A DNA stretch of 64,000 bases from a virus (Duplodnaviria > Caudoviricetes). The translations under genes were made by a program, and so were the position numbers. The stretch is from positions 1 to 64,000 of the IMG/VR virus record IMGVR_UViG_3300033068_001704, one strand, 5' to 3'. The notes under the pieces are model-generated. The model was not told the origin of the DNA. It saw only the letters and a list, made by a program, of their open reading frames with translations, and did no database searches. Numbering within the stretch: the first letter of the stretch is position 1; each line of letters starts with the position of its first letter. This document shows positions 35,612 through 45,510 of this stretch, piece by piece.

Positions 35612-36583
35612 ATGGCGATCTCTCTGGTTTGGCGGACGGATGTCCACCTTTCGGACCACACTCCTAGGTCTCGGAAGGATGAGTGGACCGACACGGTCCT
35701 GGGGAAACTGGTTCGAGTCGGGGAGATTGCTCGCGAACTCGGTGCGTCTGCCGTTCTGGACGGTGGGGACCTGTTCGACATCAAGTCTCCGACTCGGAAC
35801 TCCCATGCGCTCGTCCGAAGAGCGATCGAGGTGCACCGGGCCTATCCGTGCCCGACCTACGGGAACGTAGGGAACCACGATTGCGTCTACGGGGACTACT
35901 CGTTCCTCCCTCAGCAACCGCTAGGGGTTCTGTACGCGTCCGGCGCGATCGAGCGCTGCTACGACGAGTACGAGGCAGTGTTCGAGCGGGATGGGGTGAA
36001 GGTCCGGGTCGTCGGAGTTCCGTACCATGGGGTGAAGTACGACCTCACCCGGTTCTCCAGGATCAAGCGGGGGGATGAGACGCACCTCGTGGTGATCGCA
36101 CACGTCCTCGCCTCCCCAAGCGGGGGGACTCTCTTCGAGTCAGAGGATGTCATCCGCTACTCGGATCTCGATGCGTTCGAGGGGGATGTCTTCTGCTTCG
36201 GGCACTGGCACAAGGACCAGGGCATCGTTCAGACGCCGGGCGGCAAGACGATCGTCAACGTCGGATCTCTCACGAGAGGGTCGCTCTCACAGGACGATCG
36301 CGCACGCATCCCCTCTGTCGTTCACCTCAGCTTCACGGCCGAGTCCGTTTCGGCCACCAAGATCTCGGTGACCCACGCCCCCCCGGAAGAGGTCTTCGAC
36401 CTGGAGAAGCGTGATCACGTCGAGATGCGTGAGAACATGATCGAGGAGTTCGTCGGCCACATCCAGACGATCCTCGCAGGCAGTTCTGGGCGGTCCGTTC
36501 GCGACGCCCTGAGGGACATGCCGGACATCCCGGATGAGGTCCGGGAACAGGCGCTCCTCTACATCGAAAAGGCGGGGGGGTAG
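35612..36583 (+). CDS. sbcD: SbcD/Mre11-like nuclease
   Basis: TDVH, GGDLFD, GNHD, GHWH, NVGSL. Confidence 0.85.
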   Translation: MAISLVWRTDVHLSDHTPRSRKDEWTDTVLGKLVRVGEIARELGASAVLDGGDLFDIKSPTRNSHALVRRAIEVHRAYPCPTYGNVGNHDCVYGDYSFLPQQPLGVLYASGAIERCYDEYEAVFERDGVKVRVVGVPYHGVKYDLTRFSRIKRGDETHLVVIAHVLASPSGGTLFESEDVIRYSDLDAFEGDVFCFGHWHKDQGIVQTPGGKTIVNVGSLTRGSLSQDDRARIPSVVHLSFTAESVSATKISVTHAPPEEVFDLEKRDHVEMRENMIEEFVGHIQTILAGSSGRSVRDALRDMPDIPDEVREQALLYIEKAGG

Positions 36584-36590
36584 CGTTACC

Positions 36591-37595
36591 ATGGCGGCCC
36601 GAGACTTTCGACTGTTCTGGTCGAACATCGAGAACTACGAAGAGTGCCCACAGAAGTTCCTGTGGTCGCGCGGGTTCGGCATGATCAATCTGGGCAACGG
36701 CCCTGGTCGGCCGAAACCGGTCCTGGAACGCAAGTCGGAGCACCACGCCATCATGGGTTCGGTGCTCTCGTACGCGATCGAGCGGCTGTACAACGACGAG
36801 CTGTGGAAGGACCCGAAGGGTCTGGTCGGCCGCCTGATGACGATCGTCGAACGCGAGTTCACCGTCGAGATGGGCAAGCGCTACGTGAAGTGGAGCCCGA
36901 CCCCCACGAAGCCGAAGTGGGACGAGTCGCCTCCTCGGGGGGAGCTGCTTCAGACGTGCAAGGACGGGGTGCTCGGCTACCTCCGCACGATGAAGAAGAA
37001 CAAGCTGCTCGGGGCCTACGCGCGGTCGGAGGTGGACCTCACCACCTACGTCAACAAGTACACCCCGATCGGAGGCCGTCCCGACATCGTCATCCGCAGG
37101 GATGACACAGGACTGATGATTCTCGACGGGAAGAACTCCAAGAGCGTCGGGAAGTACACAAATCCGGACCAGCTCAAGTGGTACGCGCTCTGTTTCTACC
37201 TGGCGTACCACGCGATGCCTGACCGGCTCGCGTTCGTCTACTTCAGGTACCCCGAGGGACAGCCTCCGGAACCGGAGGAGAACAAGCCTCCGATCCCCCC
37301 GGAGGAATGGACCGGACTCGTAGATGTCCCGTTCGACAAGCACGACATCAAGCTCATGGCCCACAGAGCTGTCGAGACGCGCCGCGTCATCATGAAAGAG
37401 ATGTTCGACCCGACGCCTTCTACGAAGGCATGTCGGTTCTGTGACTACCAGAACGTGTGCCCGGTCCGAATCGAGGCGAAGCTGGCCAACATCCGCAAGC
37501 CCAAGGGCGAAGTCGAGAAGGTGTTGGCGGAATCGAATGGGTTCGTGGACCTGAGTGCTCTTTTCTCAGACCCGTTGAAGGACCCGAAGCCGTAA
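36591..37595 (+). CDS. Cas4/AddB-like PD-(D/E)XK nuclease with Fe-S Cys set
   Basis: ECPQKF, GRPD, LDGK, QLKWYA, CRFCDYQNVC. Confidence 0.8.
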   Translation: MAARDFRLFWSNIENYEECPQKFLWSRGFGMINLGNGPGRPKPVLERKSEHHAIMGSVLSYAIERLYNDELWKDPKGLVGRLMTIVEREFTVEMGKRYVKWSPTPTKPKWDESPPRGELLQTCKDGVLGYLRTMKKNKLLGAYARSEVDLTTYVNKYTPIGGRPDIVIRRDDTGLMILDGKNSKSVGKYTNPDQLKWYALCFYLAYHAMPDRLAFVYFRYPEGQPPEPEENKPPIPPEEWTGLVDVPFDKHDIKLMAHRAVETRRVIMKEMFDPTPSTKACRFCDYQNVCPVRIEAKLANIRKPKGEVEKVLAESNGFVDLSALFSDPLKDPKP

Positions 37596-37861
37596 TGACC
37601 GACATCAAGACTCGCATCGAGGCGGTGGTGAAGCGCCGCGACGACCTCCGCTCCCAGACCGAACGCGTCCTCGGGAGGCTGGAGGAATCGGAGAAGAACC
37701 TGGAAGCGCTCCGTGACGAGTGCCGGGCGAAGAACGTCGATCCGGACACGTTGGAGGAGACGATCAAGAAGCTCGAACAGGCTCTTGCCACGTCGCTCGC
37801 TGACTACGAGTCGCAGATCTCTGAGGCCGAGCAGGCCATCAAGCCGTACATCCAGCCGTGA
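37595..37861 (+). CDS. short coiled-coil protein
   Basis: TAATG coupling; heptad pattern. Confidence 0.7.
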   Translation: MTDIKTRIEAVVKRRDDLRSQTERVLGRLEESEKNLEALRDECRAKNVDPDTLEETIKKLEQALATSLADYESQISEAEQAIKPYIQP

Positions 37862-37878
37862 AGAAGAGGGTTCCGTAG

Positions 37879-39027
37879 ATGCTCATCACTGTTTCGAAGC
37901 GTGATCTCCAAGACGCGCTCAAGGTCGTCTCCCACACCGTGGCCTCGGGGGGAAGCGACATCTCCGCCCACTACGTGTTCCGGCAGTCGGGGGCGGGTCT
38001 GGAGGTCCTCTCCTTCAACGGGCGGATCTTCTCGTCATGCCCGGTGAACGCCGCTCGCATCGAGGAGGAGGGGAAGGCCTTCACCATCGAAGCGAAGCGG
38101 ATGAACCTCCTTCTCGATGCCGTCGAGGATGACGTTGCCCTGAGGTTCGCAGCGACCGGGTCGGAGACCGTCGTGACCTCGCGTGGCAAGAACGTCTTCG
38201 CTGGACTCGACCCGGACCTCTTCCCGTACTGGGACGAGCTGCTCAAGTCGGCGGAGCTGACGGCAACGCTCCCGGCGAAGCGTCTCAGTGGCGCTCTCTC
38301 GCACGCGAAGGCGTTCACGTACGACCAGGAGGCGAAGGCCTCCCACCTCTGCGTGGCCGAGTTCCGCAACGGCTGTCTCTACTCGACCGACCAGATGGCT
38401 GTGTCCATCGTGAAGGTGGAGGGCATGGAGAAGAGCGCCCTCCGCATCTTCAACAAGGACATCGGGGCGGTCATCTCGTTCCTGTCTTCGTTCAAGGACA
38501 GCGGCAAGGCGGATGACCCCTCGGCCATCGTCGAGCTGTACGAGCACGATCGCGCGATGTTCCTCAAGCGGAACGATGGGGCGGTCTTCGGGGAGTCCAA
38601 GTACGGTTCGCGCTTCCCGGACCTCTCCGTGGACTGGACGCTGGAGGACGACCACATCGTCGAGGTCCGCAAGACCGAGGTGGCGAGCGCGGTGAAGTTC
38701 CTCGCGTCGGGCGCGCGCTGGGAGGACAACGCCATCAAGGTCGAGGTCCTGGAGGCGGCGATCAAGTTCTCGATGAGTTCGGCGAACGGCAAGCCGATCT
38801 CGCTGGAGGTCCCGGCGAAGGTCACCCAGAACGGTGCCGCGGTCGATCTTCCCGAGGGTGGTTTCCCGGTTCGGAACGACTACATCCTGAGTCTCCTGAA
38901 CCACTTCTCCCAGGACGTCATCCAGCTCGGCTTCTCCAAGAAGGGCAAGGGCGGATGGGTTCGCGTGAAGGACACGCGGGGCGAGGACACGTACCTCACG
39001 ACGGTCTCGTGGTTGAAGATCGCCTGA
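37879..39027 (+). CDS. dnaN: DNA polymerase III beta sliding clamp
   Basis: 382 aa, three-domain size, STD..., RFPD, DLFP motifs. Confidence 0.75.
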   Translation: MLITVSKRDLQDALKVVSHTVASGGSDISAHYVFRQSGAGLEVLSFNGRIFSSCPVNAARIEEEGKAFTIEAKRMNLLLDAVEDDVALRFAATGSETVVTSRGKNVFAGLDPDLFPYWDELLKSAELTATLPAKRLSGALSHAKAFTYDQEAKASHLCVAEFRNGCLYSTDQMAVSIVKVEGMEKSALRIFNKDIGAVISFLSSFKDSGKADDPSAIVELYEHDRAMFLKRNDGAVFGESKYGSRFPDLSVDWTLEDDHIVEVRKTEVASAVKFLASGARWEDNAIKVEVLEAAIKFSMSSANGKPISLEVPAKVTQNGAAVDLPEGGFPVRNDYILSLLNHFSQDVIQLGFSKKGKGGWVRVKDTRGEDTYLTTVSWLKIA

Positions 39028-39641
39028 GGTCTCTCGCGGAGCAGTCCGCGAAGATCGTCGGACGCCGAGAGGCGGCGAAGGACTCCCTGAAGGGATCCCT
39101 CGCCGCCGTCCGTGTTCTGGAGGGTCGGGTAGATCTCCTCGATCTCGTCGCCGCGCTGCTCCGGACGCTGATCGACTCCGAAATCACCGAGGGCGTGAAG
39201 GCCATCGAGGCTCTTCAGAGCGAGGGTGTGAGGGCCGTCTTCGACGACCAGGACATCAACGTCCGAGCCGAGGTGGAAGTCTCCCGAGGCAAGGTCAACG
39301 TTTCTCTCGTCACTTCTCAGAAGAAAGAGAACGGGGACGTGATCGAAGGCGTAAGTCTTGAAGGGTTCGGAGGTGCGGTCTCGACCGTACAGTCGATCCT
39401 ACTTCGGCTCGCCCTCATCTTCCGCCGGGGTCTCCGACCCATCCTCATGCTCGATGAGAGCCTGCCGGCGTTCGACGAGAGATACGTTCTGAACATGGCC
39501 GCCTTCCTCAAGTCTCTGTGCTCGAAGATGGGCGTGGACATCCTTCTCGTCACCCACAACCCCGCGCTCGTCGAAGCTGCCGACCGGGCGTACAGGATTC
39601 GTCGCGAAAACGGTCACGCGACGTTCCAGAAGATCCGGTAG
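39009..39641 (+). CDS. sbcC: SbcC/Rad50 C-terminal half (signature, Walker B, H-loop)
   Basis: GFGG signature, LMLDE, LVTH. Confidence 0.8.
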   Translation: MVEDRLRSLAEQSAKIVGRREAAKDSLKGSLAAVRVLEGRVDLLDLVAALLRTLIDSEITEGVKAIEALQSEGVRAVFDDQDINVRAEVEVSRGKVNVSLVTSQKKENGDVIEGVSLEGFGGAVSTVQSILLRLALIFRRGLRPILMLDESLPAFDERYVLNMAAFLKSLCSKMGVDILLVTHNPALVEAADRAYRIRRENGHATFQKIR

Positions 39642-40229
39642 ATGAAGCCCGAGGGACAGGTCAAGCACAAGCTCGCGCAGGTGCGATTCAGACACCTGAA
39701 GCGGGAGATTCGGAACGGCCTGTCCCGAAGGTCTCTCAACTGCGTGCACAACGGTGCCGTCGAGATGCCTGGGGTCGGAGAGGTCGGGGTCTGCCTCAAG
39801 GGGGCAGAGAGTGGCAACTGGAACGGGGGGGTCTGCGACGAATCGGTCTCGGACCGGGCGGCACAGTGCCCCTTGTTCGAGCGCTGTCGGTCCAGAAACC
39901 AGATCGAGGACGACTTCAACGCGTTCCTTGGGAGTGCGGAGCGGGCGCTCATCGCTGAGCGCTATCCGGACATGGCGGCGTTGCTGTGGGTGCTCGATCT
40001 CGATCGCCCCGAAGAGATCGTCGATCTTGGGGACGAGGACATCCTCTCTCCGGAGTACACCCCGATCTCTGAGAGGGCTCTGGGGGCCGCGCAGGATCCC
40101 GCGCAGGACAGCTCCTACATCGTGCCGAGCGATGTTCTTCTCCCGGAGGCTGAGCCTGAATCGGGTCCTGCCTCCGCAGGGCCTGCCCCCAAGAAGAAGT
40201 CCCGAAAGCGGAAGCCTCGTCGTGTCTGA
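39642..40229 (+). CDS. hypothetical Cys-containing protein
   Basis: 195-aa ORF in operon. Confidence 0.65.
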   Translation: MKPEGQVKHKLAQVRFRHLKREIRNGLSRRSLNCVHNGAVEMPGVGEVGVCLKGAESGNWNGGVCDESVSDRAAQCPLFERCRSRNQIEDDFNAFLGSAERALIAERYPDMAALLWVLDLDRPEEIVDLGDEDILSPEYTPISERALGAAQDPAQDSSYIVPSDVLLPEAEPESGPASAGPAPKKKSRKRKPRRV

Positions 40230-40746
40230 TCTACTACAACGTGTCCCTCTCACGAAGCGGGGTCTCCCTCTGATGGTTGAGATCCCGGTTCACCCGGAGT
40301 CCGCCCCGTTCTTGGTGTCCGGAACGCTGGGGAAATGGGTCTGGATCTCGGAGTCGAAGAAGGGAGTCCTTCGCGCGGCTTTCCGAGATGGTTCGGTCCC
40401 TGAAGATCTGAACCTGAGTATCGCGAAAGTGGTCGCCCAGGAGAGTGCCCTGCGGAAGTGGGGGAACATCTCCTCGTTCAACGCCAAGGGCATTTTGGCT
40501 GCGGTCGAATACCTTCGGTTCTACGGCTTCGGTGCGGACGTTGAGGTTCTCGTACCGGTGGGGTGCCGCCTGAAGGCCCCGAAGGGGGTTTCTTTCGTGG
40601 AAGCTCCGTGGTTGCCTGCAAAGAAGGCCGTGGCGGTCCCTGCGGATCGGTCGTTCCTCGGAATCTTGGGCGCCATCGGGGGTGAGAGGTATGCCGTCGT
40701 GGTGCACAACCCGAGTCGAGGGATGGCGCTGATCGGAGGCTGGTGA
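40222..40746 (+). CDS. hypothetical protein
   Basis: GTG 40222 overlapping previous stop. Confidence 0.6.
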   Translation: MSDLLQRVPLTKRGLPLMVEIPVHPESAPFLVSGTLGKWVWISESKKGVLRAAFRDGSVPEDLNLSIAKVVAQESALRKWGNISSFNAKGILAAVEYLRFYGFGADVEVLVPVGCRLKAPKGVSFVEAPWLPAKKAVAVPADRSFLGILGAIGGERYAVVVHNPSRGMALIGGW

Positions 40747-41480
40747 CCTCCTCCACCATCTCCGCCTGGCTCTCCGACCACTTCTCCTCGCTCTGTCTTT
40801 CGGAGGAAGCCGAGGGCTACCTCTACGGTAGGGCTGCGACCGCTGAGGCGATCGAACGGCTGGGGTTCGTTGTGTGGGACACGGCTTCGACACAGGCGCC
40901 GAGCAGTTCGTTTCGGGCTCGGTACGGAGATCGGGGCGAGAAGCTGAGCGGGATGCTCGCTTACCCGTTGCGGTCCCCGGCTGGGTCTCTCATCGGATTC
41001 GAGGCGCGGTCGATGACCGAGAAGCGCATCTCGGAATTTCGGACTCCGGAGGCGGGGTGGAACCCGGTCATGGTGGGAGCCCCCGAAGCAGCACAGAAAT
41101 TGTGGGCGGGGGGGTCTGGTTGGATCTGTGAAGGCGTATTTGATCAGCTCGCCTTGGAGCTAGTGGTGCCTGCTGAAGACGCGGTCATCTCTACGCTCCG
41201 AGCTGGATTGTCGAGGGCTCACGTGGAGTTCTTCGCGCGATTCTGTCGGGGTCGAGTCCACATGGTCTACGACAACGATGAGACCGGCCGGAAGATGACG
41301 CTCGGGTGGATCGACACGGCGACGGGGAAGCCAAGGCTTGGGGCCCTGGAACTCCTGACCCGAGCCGGCCTTCAGGCGGATGATTTCAGATACCCCAGCA
41401 AAGATCCTGGGGAGGTCTGGTCTAGGGGCGGGATTCGTAATCTGAGACGGGTTTTTCTAGGAGAGAAGACAGATGAGTGA
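40743..41480 (+). CDS. dnaG: DnaG-type primase catalytic (TOPRIM) domain, no zinc-binding domain
   Basis: IGFEAR, CEGVFD, YDNDETG, KDPGE. Confidence 0.78.
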   Translation: MTSSTISAWLSDHFSSLCLSEEAEGYLYGRAATAEAIERLGFVVWDTASTQAPSSSFRARYGDRGEKLSGMLAYPLRSPAGSLIGFEARSMTEKRISEFRTPEAGWNPVMVGAPEAAQKLWAGGSGWICEGVFDQLALELVVPAEDAVISTLRAGLSRAHVEFFARFCRGRVHMVYDNDETGRKMTLGWIDTATGKPRLGALELLTRAGLQADDFRYPSKDPGEVWSRGGIRNLRRVFLGEKTDE

Positions 41481-41985
41481 TAGCTGGGAAGCGGGCAAGG
41501 ACGTGATGGACATCATCCATCACTACATCAAGAACTACCACCCGAGCCTCGCGCTGGTGGATGACGAGATCGCCGTCATCTTCCGGGGCAAGGCATCGAA
41601 GCGGGGTGGCCAGGCCATCCTGGGGACGAGCAAGAAGGCCCCGTCGATCCTCGATGTCCTCGGGAAGGGCAAGTACAAGTTCGTCCTGGAGATCGCCGCG
41701 GACGAGTGGCAGACGCTGTCGAACTCGCAGCAGGGCGCGCTCATCGACCACCTCCTCTGCGCCTGCAAGGTCGAAGAGGATCCGGAGAGCGGGGACATCA
41801 AGTATTCCATCGCCCCCCCGGACGTCCAGTTCTACTGGGGTGAGCTGGAGCGCAACGGCGACTGGCGCCCCCGCCCGCAGCAGGAAGAGGGCGCGAGCAT
41901 GGATGTCGAGGGGATGCTTCGCGGAGCGTCGGCCACCACCGCGGGCGCGACCGTGGACGCGGACGAAGAGGCAGCCGAGGACTGA
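41473..41985 (+). CDS. phage metallopeptidase-like protein with degenerate HExxH
   Basis: W..LS..QQ.ALIDHLLCAC...PDV pattern. Confidence 0.5.
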   Translation: MSDSWEAGKDVMDIIHHYIKNYHPSLALVDDEIAVIFRGKASKRGGQAILGTSKKAPSILDVLGKGKYKFVLEIAADEWQTLSNSQQGALIDHLLCACKVEEDPESGDIKYSIAPPDVQFYWGELERNGDWRPRPQQEEGASMDVEGMLRGASATTAGATVDADEEAAED

Positions 41986-42120
41986 TCGCTCTCGGAGCGC
42001 ATTCGATGCGCTCCTGATGGCTATCTCACCCCGGACACGGGGGGTGTACGTTGGTCGAACGGTCAGCGTACACCCGAGGTAGCCTGAAGCTCGTCATCGC
42101 ATCCCAAGGAGCTGTAGGAC

Positions 42121-43491
42121 GTGGCACTCGACACTCGTTACCGACCGCAGGTCTACGCCGACGTTCTTGGGCAAGAGGGTTCCGTTGAGGTCCTGCGCAG
42201 GTTCGTGCAGAACGGAGCCGGGTTCCATCAGTCCTACTTGTTCGCGGGTCCGTACGGGTCTGGCAAGACCACCTTGGGGAGGATCCTTGCCAGGTCGCTG
42301 CTCTGCGCCGCGCCGGTTGAAGGGGCGGCGTGCGACGCCTGCATCTCGTGCAAGTCGATCCTGATCGGGGGATCGAGCGAGAACTTCTTCGAGATCGATG
42401 CCGCAACGAACAGCGGCAAGGACTCGATCAGGAAGATCGTTGAGGAGCTTCAGTACGCGAGCTTCTCCGGGAAGCGGAAGATCTACCTCTTCGACGAGAG
42501 CCACCGGCTCTCGACCGACGCTCTGGACGCGCTCCTGAAGCCGATGGAGGACACCGTCCCCGGCACACAGGACAAGTCTCTCATCTGCATCTTCTGCACG
42601 ACCGAGCCCGAGCGGATGAGGGCCACGATCTTGTCCCGGTGTGCTCCGGCGTTCGTGATCAAGCCTGTGGGCCCCGAGAAGATCGGGAAGCGTCTGGCCT
42701 GGGTCGCGGACCAAGAGGGGATCCCGTACGACCTGGAAGCCCTGACTCTCATCGGAGAGCTGGTCGAGTGCCACATCCGCGATGCTTTGAAGGCGGTCGA
42801 GGGTGTTTCGATGCTCGGGGCGGTCAACAGGGAGAACGTCGCCAAGTACCTCCACCTCGATGCCGCGAACCTCGTGGTCGAGATCCTCGCTGCCATCTCC
42901 GACAACCCTTCGGAGGCGATGACGAAGGCCTCCGAACTCCTCTCTCGAACGAGTGCTGCCACGGTCTACGGGAAGCTGGCCGATGTGGCGATGCTTTCGT
43001 TCCGGGCTGGGATCGGACCCGTACACATCCCGTCCTACATGGACGCCAGCCTCATCCAGGATGTCGGGACCCGGCTCGGGACCCGACTCCTGGCGTATGC
43101 GAGCCGATTTGCGAGTCGTCCGGGGCGTCCGACCGACGCAATGTTGCTCTGCGACGTGGCTTCCCTGGCCCATGGGGTCGAACTTTCTTCTATTTCCACC
43201 CCTGCTCACCCGCCTCCCCCGCCCGTCGTGAAGAAGGTTGAGATCGTTGGTAAGGTAGAGGGCGACACGAAGCCCCGGATGGTGGACGACGTGTACGTAC
43301 ATCCGAGAGCCGTCAAGGCACCTCAGGATGGTGTGTCTCCGGCTCCGTCCTCTACCCCCCCTCCCTTCGAGCTTCAACCTCTTGAGTTCTTCCGTCTCGT
43401 AAGGATTCGAGCTGGAGAGCTGGAGCATTCGGGTGTTGGACGCGAGGGACAAACCGACATGGGTCGCGTTGGAGCTGACCAAGGCGGGTGA
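42121..43491 (+). CDS. dnaX: clamp-loader gamma/tau ATPase subunit
   Basis: YRP..DVLGQ, GPYGSGKTT, CxxCxxC, EIDAA, DESH.L, TILSRC. Confidence 0.92.
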   Translation: MALDTRYRPQVYADVLGQEGSVEVLRRFVQNGAGFHQSYLFAGPYGSGKTTLGRILARSLLCAAPVEGAACDACISCKSILIGGSSENFFEIDAATNSGKDSIRKIVEELQYASFSGKRKIYLFDESHRLSTDALDALLKPMEDTVPGTQDKSLICIFCTTEPERMRATILSRCAPAFVIKPVGPEKIGKRLAWVADQEGIPYDLEALTLIGELVECHIRDALKAVEGVSMLGAVNRENVAKYLHLDAANLVVEILAAISDNPSEAMTKASELLSRTSAATVYGKLADVAMLSFRAGIGPVHIPSYMDASLIQDVGTRLGTRLLAYASRFASRPGRPTDAMLLCDVASLAHGVELSSISTPAHPPPPPVVKKVEIVGKVEGDTKPRMVDDVYVHPRAVKAPQDGVSPAPSSTPPPFELQPLEFFRLVRIRAGELEHSGVGREGQTDMGRVGADQGG

Positions 43492-44041
43492 GGCGCGCGC
43501 TGTTGAGGGCGGGCTAGCGGCCTCCCTGCGATCGGAGATGGGGGTGACCGAAAGTCATCCCCTTTTCGTGCCTTATGCCACCTACTTGAAGGGTGGTCGC
43601 CGGGTCTCAATCAAGCTCATCGAGGGCTATGCCTTCGTGGGCTCTGGTTTGGCTGAGACGAGATACTTCGCTCTGGAACGTGGCTCGCTGGTCGAGCGGG
43701 TCATGTCTTCCAGGGGGGCTCATGGGATGAGGGTCCTTCAGACCATCCCGGAGGCGAAGATCCACGACATGATGGCGCAGCTTCGTACCCAGGTCTCCTC
43801 AGACCTGGAGATCGGGGCGCACGTCAAAGTCATCGGTGGAAACTACACGCATCTCGACGGCGAGATCGTGGATCTGCAAGGGGATCGGGCTGCCGTCCGG
43901 ATCACGATGCGATCCCTGGATGTTGTGGCCTTCCTCCCGAAGGTCTTCCTGGATTCCGTTACGAACCCTGCCGTCGAAGTCGGGTCCGAGCTGGACCCTC
44001 TGGATGTCGCAGTCGGTTCCGAATATCTCCCTGAGAAGTAG
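43433..44041 (+). CDS. NusG/RfaH-family antitermination factor
   Basis: NGN-like LIEGYAFV and KOW IGAHVKVIGGNYTHLDGEIV. Confidence 0.75.
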   Translation: MLDARDKPTWVALELTKAGEARAVEGGLAASLRSEMGVTESHPLFVPYATYLKGGRRVSIKLIEGYAFVGSGLAETRYFALERGSLVERVMSSRGAHGMRVLQTIPEAKIHDMMAQLRTQVSSDLEIGAHVKVIGGNYTHLDGEIVDLQGDRAAVRITMRSLDVVAFLPKVFLDSVTNPAVEVGSELDPLDVAVGSEYLPEK

Positions 44042-44058
44042 CCCCTTCGTGAGGTGTG

Positions 44059-44671
44059 TATGACCAAGCCTTCCCGAGGGTTCTCCGGATCCTCTTTCTC
44101 CATCGACCCTGACTCGATCTTCTCGACCGAGGATTCCATCTCGTTCTTCGGTTCCGTCTTCACGGAGCCGGACGACGACGACCAGAAGATGATGGAGAAG
44201 GTCCGGACGATGCTCGACATGCTGCCTCCGGTGGAGGCCGACTTCGTCGAGATGTACTTCTTCAAGCACATCAAGCAGACGGACATCGCCTCGATCTTCG
44301 GGGTGAGCCAGCCGACCGTGTGCTACCGGCTCTACCGGGCCATCGACCGCATCAAGTTCCTTCTGGCTTTGCCCAAGGTGGATGTGGAGCAGATGCGGAA
44401 GGACCTGAGCAGGTTCATGTCGGATCCCATGGACATCGACATCATGATGTACATGTACGAGACCACCTGCCAGAGCGAGAGCGCGAAGCGGCTCGGGGTT
44501 TCCCAGGGGCTGGTGCGGCACCGCTTCATCCGTTCGATCAAGAAGATGCAGAAGATCGAGTCGATGCAGTTCTACTCGGAGATCTTCTCGATGATCGCGG
44601 CGAACCTCAACATCATGCGGGAGGTCCGGCGGAGCAGTGCAACGTCTCGGATCGACTGCGTGATCGACTGA
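44059..44671 (+). CDS. transcription regulator with two sigma-70 region-4-like HTHs
   Basis: QTDIASIFGVSQPTV and QSESAKRLGVSQGLV. Confidence 0.75.
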
Positions 44672-44728
44672 CCGGATGGCCGGGAAGCGTCCGGGCCGAG
44701 CCAATAGGGCCTTTATCCTCCACCGCCG

Positions 44729-45064
44729 GTGAGGGCAACCCTGTTGAAGTCTGAGGTACGCATCGCGATGGCACGCCACCTGGCAGACAGGTGGCTCTGT
44801 GACGTCTCCCGCAGTGAGTACCGCTTCGCGGTGCTTTCGAGCCACGGGAAGTCCGAGGCGGACATGCGTCTTCTCGCTGGGTTTCTTCGGAACTGGCGCG
44901 ATGGGAAGGCGCGGATCGCGTCTCTCGCATCGATTCCGGACCTCGGGGTTCGGGAGATCGTAGGTACCAACACGATCGAGGTCTGGTCCTCGGAGTGCGA
45001 CACGCTCCGCAAGCTCGCCTCCTGGATGGAGTCGAGGGGGTTCGACACCAACTTCATCTGGTGA
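44729..45064 (+). CDS. hypothetical protein
   Basis: 111-aa ORF, contains RIAMARHLA. Confidence 0.55.
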   Translation: MRATLLKSEVRIAMARHLADRWLCDVSRSEYRFAVLSSHGKSEADMRLLAGFLRNWRDGKARIASLASIPDLGVREIVGTNTIEVWSSECDTLRKLASWMESRGFDTNFIW

Positions 45065-45071
45065 CCAACCC

Positions 45072-45500
45072 ATGGCCCTCGAACGCACAGTCTTCGATTT
45101 CTCGTACCGATCCACGCAGGGTGGGTCGTCGTACTACTTCACCGTATCCCAGGATTCGGGCGGGCGGATCACCGTCAAGAACATCCAGACGCCGACTGGA
45201 CGGATCATTGATTCCCAGACGGGTCTCCCGCAGTGGGTCACCAACGACCTCCAGGACGCCATCGAGCAGGTGGAGAACTTCGTGGCCCAGACGAGTGCTG
45301 TGAACGGAAACCTGAGCTTCGTCGCCCAGGAGAGCATGAGCGTTGTGTTCGACACCCCGATGGCGGGGACGAACTACCGCGTCCAGCTCTCTCTCGCCGA
45401 CTTCATCCCGGCCCGCGTCATCACCAAGACGACGACCGGATTCACCGTTGAGGTCGGGGTGACCTACACGGGAACCGTCGGCTACGACGTGTTCGTGTGA
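45072..45500 (+). CDS. putative virion structural protein
   Basis: Thr/Val-rich beta-strand character. Confidence 0.55.
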   Translation: MALERTVFDFSYRSTQGGSSYYFTVSQDSGGRITVKNIQTPTGRIIDSQTGLPQWVTNDLQDAIEQVENFVAQTSAVNGNLSFVAQESMSVVFDTPMAGTNYRVQLSLADFIPARVITKTTTGFTVEVGVTYTGTVGYDVFV

Positions 45501-45510
45501 GGAGACAGCG

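Noticed and set aside
36591-37595. CRISPR-Cas system suggested by the Cas4-like nuclease
   Set aside because: No repeat-spacer array or other cas genes seen; solo Cas4-like nucleases are common in phage recombination modules.
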